Source: Ylistrum balloti
Taxonomy: Eukaryota
Direction: 5' to 3'
DNA length: 64,000 nucleotides
Assembly: GCF_031769215.1 (NCBI RefSeq)
Contig: NW_026781917.1
Location: 1,612,001 to 1,676,000 of the forward strand
Shown: one piece after another, positions 26,401 to 37,587 of the stretch
How positions within the stretch are numbered: the stretch's first letter is position 1
Layout: each line of letters starts with the position of its first letter
The notes under the pieces: generated by a model
Databases searched by the model: none
What the model was told of the DNA's origin: nothing
What the model saw: only the letters and a program-made list of their open reading frames with translations
Translations under genes and position numbers: made by a program

Positions 26401-29400
26401 CCGTGTTGTAAATCTAGGTCAATCCAAGAAGGAACACGTTCTCAAATTGAGAACCGGGCTAATGACATGACAAAGTTCTAGAACAGATATGGTCGATTTA
26501 CCTTTCGTTCAACGCTGACATGACAATAAATGGCAACCTCATCACCCGACATATTTCAGAATATGGACAATTTAGAAAACTTGTTTAACTCCAAAGTTTC
26601 ATTAAAAGGTCCAAATAGAAACCCATTCAAATAGTATCATACATTTCTAGATATTTCCTTAAAGTTGCGAAAGCTAGATAAAGATGATGCTATATTACAT
26701 TAATACTTGCTGTATTTTCTTCAACATTGCAGAGATGTTGAACAGCTCTGCTGGGATGTTACAGCTACATGATAGAGCCGTTTCTTAGATTAATTTGTTG
26801 GCATGGGAAGTAATATGTATTAGTAGGATTCTATGGTTCTGGCATTTTTATATAAACAGTACATTCCGTCGGCCATGCGTGCCAGAAGTTGTCAGAATGT
26901 CCTTCCCACTGCCATAGAATGTAAGCGTCTCTGTGATAGAGTTCATCACTCGATTAACGACATCGTATGATGGGCAGATAATGTTATGTTTAGAGTATTT
27001 CTAATGTAAGTAATTGGCGAAAAATCTCGGAAATAATTTCGGTATTCAGACCTTCAATATCCAAGAAATGCAACTTGTGTTCATCAACCAATGAACTCAA
27101 ATCAATCTAAGGAAGTTTTCAGCCCACCTGGCCCGAACTGCTATGTGTGCTTATACCGTGGCACGCCGTCCGTTGTTCGTCAATCCCCCTGTCCGTTCGT
27201 GCAAGCATAGAAGTTTGCCAAAAGAAATGACTTGACCCATGTTCAAGGTCACAAGTGGCGAATTTGTTAAAATCTTTAAACTTTTTTTCGCTAATCAAAA
27301 GACCCCGACGCATGCTATTTGGCTTAAAGGTCTCTGGGAAAATAGCCCGACAAAACCTGCAAAATACCATATTTAAGGTCACAGGGGTCAAATTACCTAT
27401 AATCCAAGTCATTACTATCAATGTTTAGAGTTGAGTATTAGAAGCTGTTTGTAATGAAAATTGGTTGAAATTGATTGGATGTGCCCACAGTGAATGTCAA
27501 TGGTGTAGGTGTTGATGTATTTGTGATGAACAGCGTTTCTATTGTTGACAAAGATTGAATACAAGGTGAGCAATGCAAGCCCAATGGGCCTCTTGTTTTT
27601 AATATCGGTATGCAGATAATAACTTTTTTCAAACTAGTTACAGCTAACAAGGACTGCGGTATAAAAATCGTTGTTTTAAAGTATTCATGTTAAAACATTG
27701 TATGCTTTTGTAAAATAAAATCTCTAACTCCTTATACACAAAATTCAGAAATATTCACTTGAACGTTAAATAATGAATATCCAATGTAGCATTTGAAAAA
27801 GCCAGTCGCGAAAGAGAAACAAAACAAAGTAAACAAAAGATATTGCTGCACCGTTTGACTATTTCTATATGAAAATATAAAATCACGACATGTAGTGCTT
27901 GTCATTATAAGCTATCAATAACCTTAGACATAGAGTACAATTCTTAAAACACGATTGACGCCAACAGCAAAATAAAAGCTTCTACAATTTAAATCAAAAT
28001 ATGATTACTTCTGGCATGGCATATTTTAAAATCTAATTTATCACTACGAGTTAAAAATGTAACTTGAAAATTGGAGGACGAATCTTGCAGTGTACCTCTT
28101 TGAAAGTAGACCGACATTGCATGCCAATATCTGCTTATCACCGAGAACTGGCAGTCTGACAGATTTTGAACACCGCCACAGATTATACGCAATAAACTCG
28201 GCTATTTCGGTGAACAGTAAATTTTACTATGTCCAAACGTACCAGAAACATGCACATTATACATTACGAATTGTAAGAAGTGGCAGGATAATTGACTCTT
28301 CACGATGACTCGATTTAATGGTATGTTAACTTGTATTTAATGGTACGTTAATGGAGTTTTGTTGACTGTGAGATGCGTAATGATACGCGAAAACTTCTGA
28401 ACCATATAGATTACACCAATTTGGATAAATTGACTGAATACCTACGCGAAAGCAAATAGTTCGGTAAACTTTTCACACATAACGACACGAAGGATGTTTA
28501 TGCCTTTATATCTGAGATTGGGAATGGCAGTTTTAATCTTTTCATTGACATTGACGCTGTTATGTTTAATCAGATAAAATGAGCAAAAGGCGCGCTCTTC
28601 TCCTGTGAATATTACCTCAAGAAATTAATTCAGAGCAAGGAATCACAGATGAGAGTATTTGCGCCCCACCCCCCACCCTCGCCTTTTTAACAAATATTTA
28701 TACTACGTGTATACTTCTTATTCATAATAGGACTCATCATTGACCATATGTATACTTTACAGGCCAAATATATATAAAAGATCATGTCAACAATATCATC
28801 CATATGTAATCAATATATGAAATTTTATATTTAAATGCATACACTTTTATCAATATTAGTTATGTAAAATCTGGTAATCAAATGCAAGCATCGTTAATAA
28901 CTTAAATAAATAACACATTAACAAGGCTTTAAAAACGAATAGAAAAAGAGAGACTTTATTGAATTAGTACTAAAAGTTGATGTACCGGATGTATTTTTCA
29001 ACAGCCTAAGGAAGCAAATATTACTATCACATGCTAATAGACACGTGTCAAATTATATTGGTAAGCGGTGAAGATGTTTTTGATGTGTAAACATTTGGTA
29101 ATATCTTGTCAGATATATTACTAGACAATAAACAAAGTGTTGCGTTATATAACTGATTGGCCCTGATTTCAGTATACTCCGGCTACACATATAACGTGGC
29201 CATTGGACCATGAACAAGGATTGTTAGCTTGTCATCAGTATGTTTTCCAACAACGTCGTATGCTGTGGACATTTTATAAACAAAACTAATTGCTCTTGTT
29301 ACTATACCGAACGGTTTTAAAACTTCATAGTAATATGACAGAGTATAACAAAATAAGTGTTTAAAAACTTTATCATACAGACGTTTCGACCTTTTAGGGT

Positions 29401-32400
29401 CCTCAGTGACGATAAGCTGAGACTAAAACTGTTTAAACCTAGGATGAGACGGGGAAAAAAATGTTGGAAACAAAATTAGATGAAAATAAAAATGAAAGGA
29501 AAACATGAAAAATAGACTTTTAGTAGATTTTACAAGAAGATTTTGAAAATTGAAGAAAATGTGAACACTGATTATTAAGATGACAGAGCTTTTGATGCGA
29601 TAGTAGTGTAGTCGTACTGGTGATGAACATGTGTTGGATGTATTATCAGACATGCTGACTGGTATTCCATTGTTCCAGTATATCTAAGACAACAAGAATA
29701 CATACACTGTACATGAGTAATCACATTAAGTGCAGCATCATCAATACCGTCAAATAAACATACGTCAATGAAGGATGTACGTACTGTTCGCGACATGGAA
29801 AATTTGTGTTGATTTGTGAGAAAAGGAATCAAACTTCAGTTCAAATATCAGTGGAACACAATTTCTACCACAATAATTGGGTGTTATTGAACTGCGACGG
29901 CATCAGTAAATTCTTACAGCTGTTATTTAAACAAACATTTATACAACACTTGGTATAAACAGTCAACGCGTTTTGATTGGCTGACACGCTGAACTTTGAC
30001 TGGAAGAACACTTTACGCACTCGTTGAAGTTAAAACGCACACTGAGTAGTTGAGGGTTGTCATTGTAATATAATTAAACAATCAATTATTCCTTATTATT
30101 TGTAAGAAATCATAATGACTCCACATATTTCTGAAATTGTCAGTTCTACGTGCTAATTATCAGCTTTTCACCACAGGTCATTACGTCTAGATTGATATCG
30201 TAAACAAAACACACGTGGATATAGAACATATCACTCCATTCTTAGAATAACTCTTTTACTGCGGAAGAAGCAGATCAGTTGTATTTTTGTATATGATACT
30301 TTTTCCACTAGTATAGGATATTTTTCAATAATTACAAAGAAAGCCTGCGAGTTTTATTGCTGTAAAAGTTCTATACTTTTGTTTCTCACACTGTATCGGG
30401 GAGTGAGCTAGTGACATTTTTTTCATCTTGTTTGATCCGACCAAATCAGCTTTGTAGCTACGGTTGCCCTTTGAAACAATGAATCACTGTAAAGAAGGTA
30501 TGATAAATGTAATGGGAAACTGGAAAGCGAGGAAAAGGCTGGAGTGATCAGTTTTGATTACTATTCGAAAGCCAACATAAATTCTACATGTCACCCATCA
30601 ATTACCATATGTGATAACATGAACTTGGATACAATATACCTATTCATTACATCCTCGGAGGAGGAATAAGATGCCAAGGAATTTAATAAACGACTTAAGA
30701 CATAGAATGGTAGGGATTCTCAATGAACGTCGCAGTTGATGATTATGTTAAACTTACATCATTCAATCTTAAAGTCATGGGAAAATATCATTAGTTATAT
30801 AAAGATAGCATGGTAACAGCGTATGTTGCTGAGGTCAGAAAGTTCTCATCAAGGATAAATTCGAATCACTAATATTATGGGAGAATATCTGGTTATCGGA
30901 GAAAAGAGGATAGGATTTTTCTTTGTAACATGATGGTATCATATTTTAAGAATTTAAGTGAGACTGTAAGCAAAAAAAATGGGTAAACTTTTCTAAACAA
31001 CGTCAACGACAATCAATTCCTGTCTCACAATGCTTCTTCTTTCGAATCAAAACACCGTGATTCCAATGAATTTTTATGAATACATATACGACCAGTCATT
31101 ATAACTCATGTAGTGTAAAACAAGCATGTCTGTTATTCCTACTGTTATTCGTGATACACATTGAATGTGATGAGGCGCACAAACGTGCTTTATGATGTGG
31201 CGCAATTCTTTCTGGGACTTTACTCTAACTATATTAGAGCACTTTTATTGTTAAAAACAAAAATAATAAAATGATCAGAGGGACTTGTATGCTGGAAGTA
31301 TGATTTATGTTATAGACATGTTTTAGTTTCATCCTCGTCGCAATCTGATGATTATATTCTGAGGTTTTAAAAGAGATACAAAAATCTATACAAATTAAAT
31401 AATTTTGTTAAAACATTAATTTACATTGAAGTTATCGACGCTTATTAGCATGTGCACCAATCAGTGATGTCTGTTAGAACTGGTATCGTTTTTATACTAT
31501 TTACGAAATCAGGTGGCAAAGAAATAGTTTTAAAATACACGAAAATTGAGCCCTGAGAGAAAAAAAGCTGTTCTGCGTAATTCAAATTTAAATATTTAAG
31601 AACATAAGAATAAGAAAATCCCCTGTATCAATCACAGCATTACTCATATGAAATGAATATTTAAAAAAGTAAATTGACAGAGAAAGTCGAAAAGGTAAGC
31701 CCTTTTACTACATTTTCTGAACTATATCGTGAAATCTTTGTCTGTTTCAATTAGACGTAATCTCAATTTTAAATTTGGCAGTTGAAATTTCCCATCGCCT
31801 GTATGTTAATTTCTCACGAGTATAGCTATATGATAAATGATGCCAAACTTTGGTATCAGACTCTGGAATGTGTCGGTAAGGCCGTGAAATATTAAGATAA
31901 CAAATGACATTTTTATTTGACCGTAAACACTTTCTATGGTGAAAGGGAAGGTCTGTCTTTCTCGAGAAATAATCAACATGATGATAAGATACGGGTGTCA
32001 AATATTGAAATACATCTGTGTACCCAGTGCACTATGAGGTGCACTTCGTGGTGCTTTTGATAACATAAAGCAGATGTGTACTTTTCCAAACAGTTACAAT
32101 TATATATTTATGTGTTCACGTGTTATATATCACACTGTCTTACGTTCAAGGTGAAAGAATATGTATGAGAAAGAAAAAAATATTTAACAATACGTTATGT
32201 AAATGCTTCTGTACTACTGTAAAACTGATTTCTTTTTATGTGCGATTTAATTTCGCGAGTTTCGCGATAGAAGAAAATTGAGACATGAAAAAACAACTAC
32301 TGTTAACGTGCCGAGTACATAGTATAAAAGTAGTCCGTTTTGCGAAAATATATCACCACCTATAACGATAAAAATATGATACAATCGTTCTCTATCAAGA

Positions 32401-35400
32401 TGTAGTCTGCTTTGCGAAAGTTAATCACCGACAATTAAGACATCATATACAACGAATACTCTATAGCACGACATAGTCCGATTCGCGAAAGACCGTGAAA
32501 ATTAGTAAACAAAAAGAAATTTCGGTTAACAGTATCATGTTCGATGTTAGCGCTGTTTTTGGTAAAATTTTTATGTATAAGATGTCAATTTCAAACTTTA
32601 GATGGGATACTCGACAAAGTTAACAAAAAGACAAACAAAACGTATAACCATACCACTAAAACCACACGTATCAATCTATATTACAAGTAACCATTCAGTC
32701 AATAAGACGCTTTTTAATAGGATTTAATAGGATAATAGTGAACGCAGGAATTTCTGCCTCTGTATTCACATCAATACAATGTATTATTAATATAAACATA
32801 ATATTAGACTAGATATAAGACGCTGTATGATCGTACTTCAGTTCAAGATCTTTCCAGAAATCGTCTAGGTGTTTTTCAAAATCATGAACATTAAGTGATG
32901 AAATTACCCATTTTGTTAGGATTCACTAACTCGGAAAAATCTAATGACAGTTTTGTGTCATGATTGGTATTCCCAGCTATTTTAACCAATTCCTTATCTA
33001 AATGCGAGTTAACATTACGATGTTTTCCCAAACATTTTGCTACATCAGCTGCCAAAATTACTGAATAAGGCGCTCCATACATTTTCATTAGTCTTGTATC
33101 TGTCTCAGTAAACTTGATGTAATAGAAAAATACGTGACTCTTATAATTGTGATCTCTTGGATGTTAAGAATTTATGTTCAAAATACAGATAAGCTGTAGA
33201 AGAATGTGTCTGAGGAATACCCTACAAAAAAATAAGAGGAAGCGGTAGTCTGTCTACAAACTGTTGTATGCCGATATAAAAAAAATCCTTCCAAATTCCA
33301 AACTCATGACCTTCAAAAAATTTATGAACTTAAGATTTAAACACATTCCCAAACCTAGTATTTTTATAATTTAATCAGGTATTAATGTCAAACTAAGTCA
33401 ACATGTATGTATCAGGTTCATTGGTTGGGTTGGGGGTTGGTTGACCTGTAGCATGCTCTTATAACATATTCTGATCATTTAAAAAAAGCGATGCCAATTT
33501 AGAAAGAACAAAAAAAATGAGAGGGTAATTTCAACTATGGCAAGACAAGCTGTTGCTGTCAAGTAAGAAAGAAAATATCTTAACCACAAGATATCCACTG
33601 GAATGTAAACACTGTTGAGTTGCGATGGCCCTGTTTTGGAGCCTCTATTTGCTAGCATGAATGCATTGCTTAATATGATGTAAACTTTGTCAAGTTAGAA
33701 TGGGTAAAACGACTAACATTAGGCAGTAGTTATTTGTCTGATATGCGCCCTCGTAGATTTCATAGCGCCAATCCATATCGCAGACATACTTGAATAATGT
33801 TCTTAATGTTATATTGCACTGTCGTCAAAATGGCCCTCTTGCGCTTCCTTTAGTATGTGTGATTTACATGAGTGTCCAGGCATCAAGCATTGAGTTTTAA
33901 ATATCATATCTACTCGGATGGCTGAATCATCAATTATGAATTTCGTCATTTTGGGTCTGACTATAAGTAATAACATTTTATTATGTTTTTTCTACATCTT
34001 GTGATTACAAATGATAAATTACTGCCTTTTTATGCCGTATTTCCAGTTGACTAACATTGCTAATGGGGTTTCATATTTTACATACACAATATATAAAATA
34101 AAATTGTATATCCGCTGTTCCACTATTCAAAAGATATTGATTGTTCACATATTTCTGTAGGGTTCTCCTTGTTCTAAGAATGTAATATAACATCATTAAT
34201 TTTCGTGGGAGATTTGTTTTCGTTGATTTTTGTGATCAACGAGTTTATATTTCTAATGTTTAATTATACAATTCTGATTTTAATTGAATAATAGAGTTAA
34301 TTTATGAAATTAAGAATCGTGTCAACGAAAAAATAAATTCATGTGAAAATATTTAACTGTATAAATTTATAGATTTACGAGATAAAGTCGACTCGTTTCT
34401 CATGCAGCATGTCGTAACATCAGACTATGCATTATTTTCGCTCACAGTTGATCGTTTTTTGATATACCTAACACTTTTGTCTTTCTGCCAGATATACAAT
34501 ATAGTTGTTGTTCTGTAAATGGAAACCTTCAGAATAGATAAATTCTCCTTTACTATATTTTGAAAATGTATTATCGTTACAGCTGGTGATTGACAAGGCA
34601 AAACCATTGGTCCGTTTTGGGATGATGCATCTGATGGCCACTAATTTATGTGTTGTTATCGTAACCGCAGTTACGGAAACAGCCGAAGATTACCGACAGG
34701 ATTACTTCAACAACCTGTTGAAATACCAGGCTCTCAACAACATCACACCGAGTAAGTCTTAATAATTGAAATATCCATAGCCTAATTTTGATATGATTAT
34801 GACGTATTAAATGAAAACTGAATCGATTTTATTTTCATGCTTTACGAATGACGATTATTAAAACCAAGTTATTTTTTTACAATTTCAAGAAATAAAGAAG
34901 GACGAGACAGCTGTATGATGCAGTTCAGTTCATTGTTTTGTTTTACTGTATCAGCTTCTAAATCCGTAAGAAAACATTCACTCGTGTGTCTTGTATAAAA
35001 TCTCTGTCTCGTTATACTTTTAAATCGAAAATCAGCAATAAACTAATCGTACTTATTGTTCTTAAAATTGCAGAAGACAATATGACTGGAAGTTGCTATC
35101 GACAGGAGACACTAGCTCGATCTGCCTCTCCGTACCTCTTCCCAAGTCTTATCATCTACAGTATCATCGCTGCTGGTATCATCTACCGCCTCTACCAGTA
35201 CATCGGTGTGAGAATCAAGCAGAGGTGGCCTAGTCACACTTCACTGACCAGCTCTGTACCGGCAGGGGCAGCAGCAATCGACTGTGAAAAGGCCAACAAG
35301 GGGCTGTTCTTAGGTCTCCTGGTGGCCGTACTCACTCTCATCGCCATGGCAATTTTCTTCGTGTTTGATACGAGGGTAGATTCACCCGACACTGCCATTA

Positions 35401-35975
35401 AGGTCTTTTTCACCACCGAGATAATCCTCATGGTCATCACAAGTGTCGGTATTGTCTGGGGATACATGCGTCTGTCCATCCTGAAGTTCCTGAAGACCAT
35501 ATTTTTCTCTGTTGATTCGGTCTTGTTGCTTGTGGCATTGGCAGGATCCTACATCTACTTGTGTTTCACTTTGATTTCTGTTTTCTCCTTCTGTTCGGAG
35601 ATGGGGACGGATACGATCAAGGGAATCCTGAGTCTGGTGACGATCGCCCTAGCTCTTTGTCAGATCACTCTGCAGACCGTCTTTATCCTCGACGGCCTTT
35701 GCCGTTGTGCCGAGAACGACGAACAAATGATGGCTAAACCTGGTCGTGCTGTTGTTACCTTCCTTCTCATCTGTAACCTGGCAATGTGGATCGTCAGCAT
35801 GTTCGAAATGAAGAAAACTAAGGTGGTCGAAATGCATGAAAATTTCTACGGAATTTTGGCGTGGAATATTATAAATCACCTTTGTGTTCCTCTCCTGATT
35901 TTCTTTAGGTTTCATTCGGCCATTTGTCTGTCCAAAATATGGTATAACGCTTACCAGAAGGAAAAGGTGCCATAA
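14251..35975 (+). CDS. otop: Otopetrin-family proton channel (OtopLc-like), 6 coding exons, 637 aa
   Basis: Family motifs YLRLGAL, FTFVQTFF, RFGMMHLMATNLC, SPYLFP, LQTVFI, FLLICNLAMW and FRFHS. Exon lengths 218+121+343+161+169+902=1914 nt with consistent phases. Orthologue/subfamily not assignable by eye. Confidence 0.93.
16041..16790 (+). repeat. Purine-rich (GA) low-complexity tract with a G-quadruplex motif at 16194-16215
   Basis: Strong G/A strand skew; GGGGGG-A-GGGGG-T-GGG-AA-GGGG. Confidence 0.7.
17091..17246. repeat. 24-bp trinucleotide-based repeat (TCGTCGTTGCCGTTGTCGTACTCG), about 6.5 units
   Basis: Read directly. Confidence 0.9.
17666..18381. promoter_or_regulatory. Cluster of six CACGTG E-boxes plus a YY1-like CAAGATGGCCGC in otopetrin intron 1
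   Basis: CACGTG at 17666, 17727, 17758, 17894, 18108 and 18376; CpG-rich patch near 17890-17925. Function is inferred. Confidence 0.45.
23557..23677 (+). CDS. otop: Otopetrin exon 2 (TM1)
   Basis: ccatttcag| ... CTGGAG|gtaata; SSLVKLLCGLYALIIVVLGIVFS. Confidence 0.88.
23856..24198 (+). CDS. otop: Otopetrin exon 3 (TM2, cytoplasmic loop, start of TM3)
   Basis: ttttcag| ... TTG G|gtacgt; contains HAGEGINFYLRLGAL. Confidence 0.9.
24588..24748 (+). CDS. otop: Otopetrin exon 4 (TM3-TM4)
   Basis: ttttccag| ... CACAAG|gtaaca; AFACGSVILDGF...LLFTFVQTFFLFKNHK. Confidence 0.9.
24768..24876. repeat. 31-bp tandem repeat (3.5 copies) carrying ACCGGAAAT, 20 nt after otopetrin exon 4
   Basis: ACGAACATAACCGGAAATGTTG at 24768, 24799 and 24830 (variant), partial copy at 24860. 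Confidence 0.85.
27116..27597 (-). mobile_element. Non-autonomous Helentron/HINE-like element
   Basis: 5' end AACAAGAGGCCCATTGGGC...GCTCACCT; internal TGACCTTGA motifs and GGAC-repeat tract; 3' end CAGGTGGGCTGAAAA (subterminal inverted repeat). Recognised from memory of bivalve repeat families. Confidence 0.7.
29370..29415 (-). ncRNA. Degenerate minimal type I hammerhead ribozyme (Penelope-like-element style)
   Basis: - strand: TTATCGTCA CTGAG GACC-CTAAAA-GGTC GAAAC GTC TGTATGATAA. Helices I and II, palindromic ACGU helix III and a GUC site are present; the core is 2 nt short. Confidence 0.55.
32215..32534. mobile_element. MITE with TACTGT...ACAGTA termini and three internal TAGTCYG-TT-GCGAAA subrepeats
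   Basis: Imperfect terminal inverted repeats (TACTGTAAAACTGATTT / AAATTTCGGTTAACAGTA), TA at both ends. Confidence 0.6.
34583..34751 (+). CDS. otop: Otopetrin exon 5 (TM5)
   Basis: cgttacag| ... CCG A|gtaagt; LVIDKAKPLVRFGMMHLMATNLCVV. Confidence 0.92.
35074..35975 (+). CDS. otop: Otopetrin exon 6 (TM6-TM12 and stop)
   Basis: aaattgcag| acceptor, in frame with the 329-aa ORF 34986-35975; seven hydrophobic segments. Confidence 0.95.
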
Positions 35976-37403
35976 AGACATCGACATATTTCAATAATAG
36001 TAAACCTGGGATTATTTTGAGAATCCATGTCTTGTGAGAATATTGGGCAGCTCTACAACTGTTAATGGGAATATTTGTTTGAACACCATTCGTGGTGTAG
36101 TTTATTTCCATAGAACAGGGATCAAATTCAGATATAGAATTCATAATCCCCAACTGCCTTATGAGATTAAGACCTTTAACGTGGAGCACCGTTTTATTGC
36201 CTTTAGAATATTTATGCACTATGGACAGTTTGAAAGAGCCAAATTGTTTTACTTAACAGTGTGCTTGAGGATATCTTGACACGTTTCATATTGTTTTACA
36301 CGTGATTGGTTAAAACTAGTCGTTGCTCTGACGTCAGTGCTGAAATGCTCAAGAATTCTGAATGTGGTTTTTGTAATGTTGGTAATTTTCCTAGATATTG
36401 TATGTATGCAATAACTATTTAACAGATTGCTCAAGGCAAAGTGTGCTTTTGCATGACATACGTGGAGGATTATGAACTATTCAATGTTGGAACAAGGAAA
36501 TACGGTAACTGATTTGTGAGAAATATTCGAAAGATTGTGAAAGATACGGAAACATTAGGAAAATGATGTGCCCGAACTGCATATTGATTGGAGTATATTG
36601 TTCCGAATGGATTAAAAACTAATGAAGATGGATTTTAGGTTGAGTCTTATTATGAGGAATATGTATTTGGGATATATAGTGCATTAGAGTCATTGTTATG
36701 GAATTGTATTAACGAAATTTCTTTCGTTAATGAGAGGGCACATTAGCAATGCAAATTACACATAAAGGATTACATATGTTTCATCAAAGGTGTTGCTAAT
36801 GGACGACGATTTGTGGTCAAACAGGATGCAGTAACATGTCTTTGTCACAATAGTGTTGTCACAGTATTAACATTTAGTGTCAACATATGACAACATTGTG
36901 TCAGTGTGTATACAATGCCATCACAATGTATTCAATATTTTGACACATACTGAACGATACGATGTCAATAGATATTTTTTGACATTGTATGTTGTTGACA
37001 CTTATGGATGGGTGTTAACACATTGATAATATTGTGTTGATACAATGTTGGCATTGTGTCGATTCATGTTTGACATTGTTTTGACACTGTGTTGACACAC
37101 TATTGACATGGTTGAGGGACCAGGTGTAATATCCGTCGTCTGCTAAATCCACGCATTATTTCTAATAAAAACTAGGTATAAGACTCAAGAAAGCTTTTTT
37201 ATTGAAATATGCCTTGGTGCTTTTAAGTGTTTTTTTCATATAGGAAAGTCATGTTTGAAGTTACAAGACTGTTCATTAATTTTGCTCAGTTCAGATAAGA
37301 TTCGATTTTGAAAATCCATTTTCCCTGTTTCCTGAAACATTTATATCTTGGTGCTTTTTACATTCAATGAACTGTACTAATTTTAAATGAAGACCCTAAA
37401 ACG

Positions 37404-37587
37404 CGGTGAATAGGTATATACCTACTCGGTGAATAGGTAAATACCTACTCGGTGAATAGGTAAATACCTACTCGGTGAACAGGTACATACCCTCTCGTTG
37501 AATAAGTACATACCTACTCGGTGAACAGGTACATATCTACTCGGTGAACAGGTACATAACTACTCGGTGGACAGGTACATAACTACT
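37404..37587. repeat. 23-bp tandem repeat (GGTGAATAGGTAWATACCTACTC), about 8 units
   Basis: Read directly; progressively diverges to the right. Confidence 0.9.

Noticed and set aside
26700-26800. Possible extra otopetrin exon after ttgcag near 26732
   Set aside because: Exons 4 and 5 already join in phase with a continuous family motif (KNHK-LVIDK), and this segment has no otopetrin-like content.
34986-35073. GTG-initiated N-terminus of the 329-aa ORF
   Set aside because: Intronic; the real frame enters by splicing at 35074.
35234-35987. - strand ORFs 35234-35500 and 35649-35987 (also 14268-14573, 23935-24153, 24000-24230)
   Set aside because: Antisense shadows of otopetrin coding exons.
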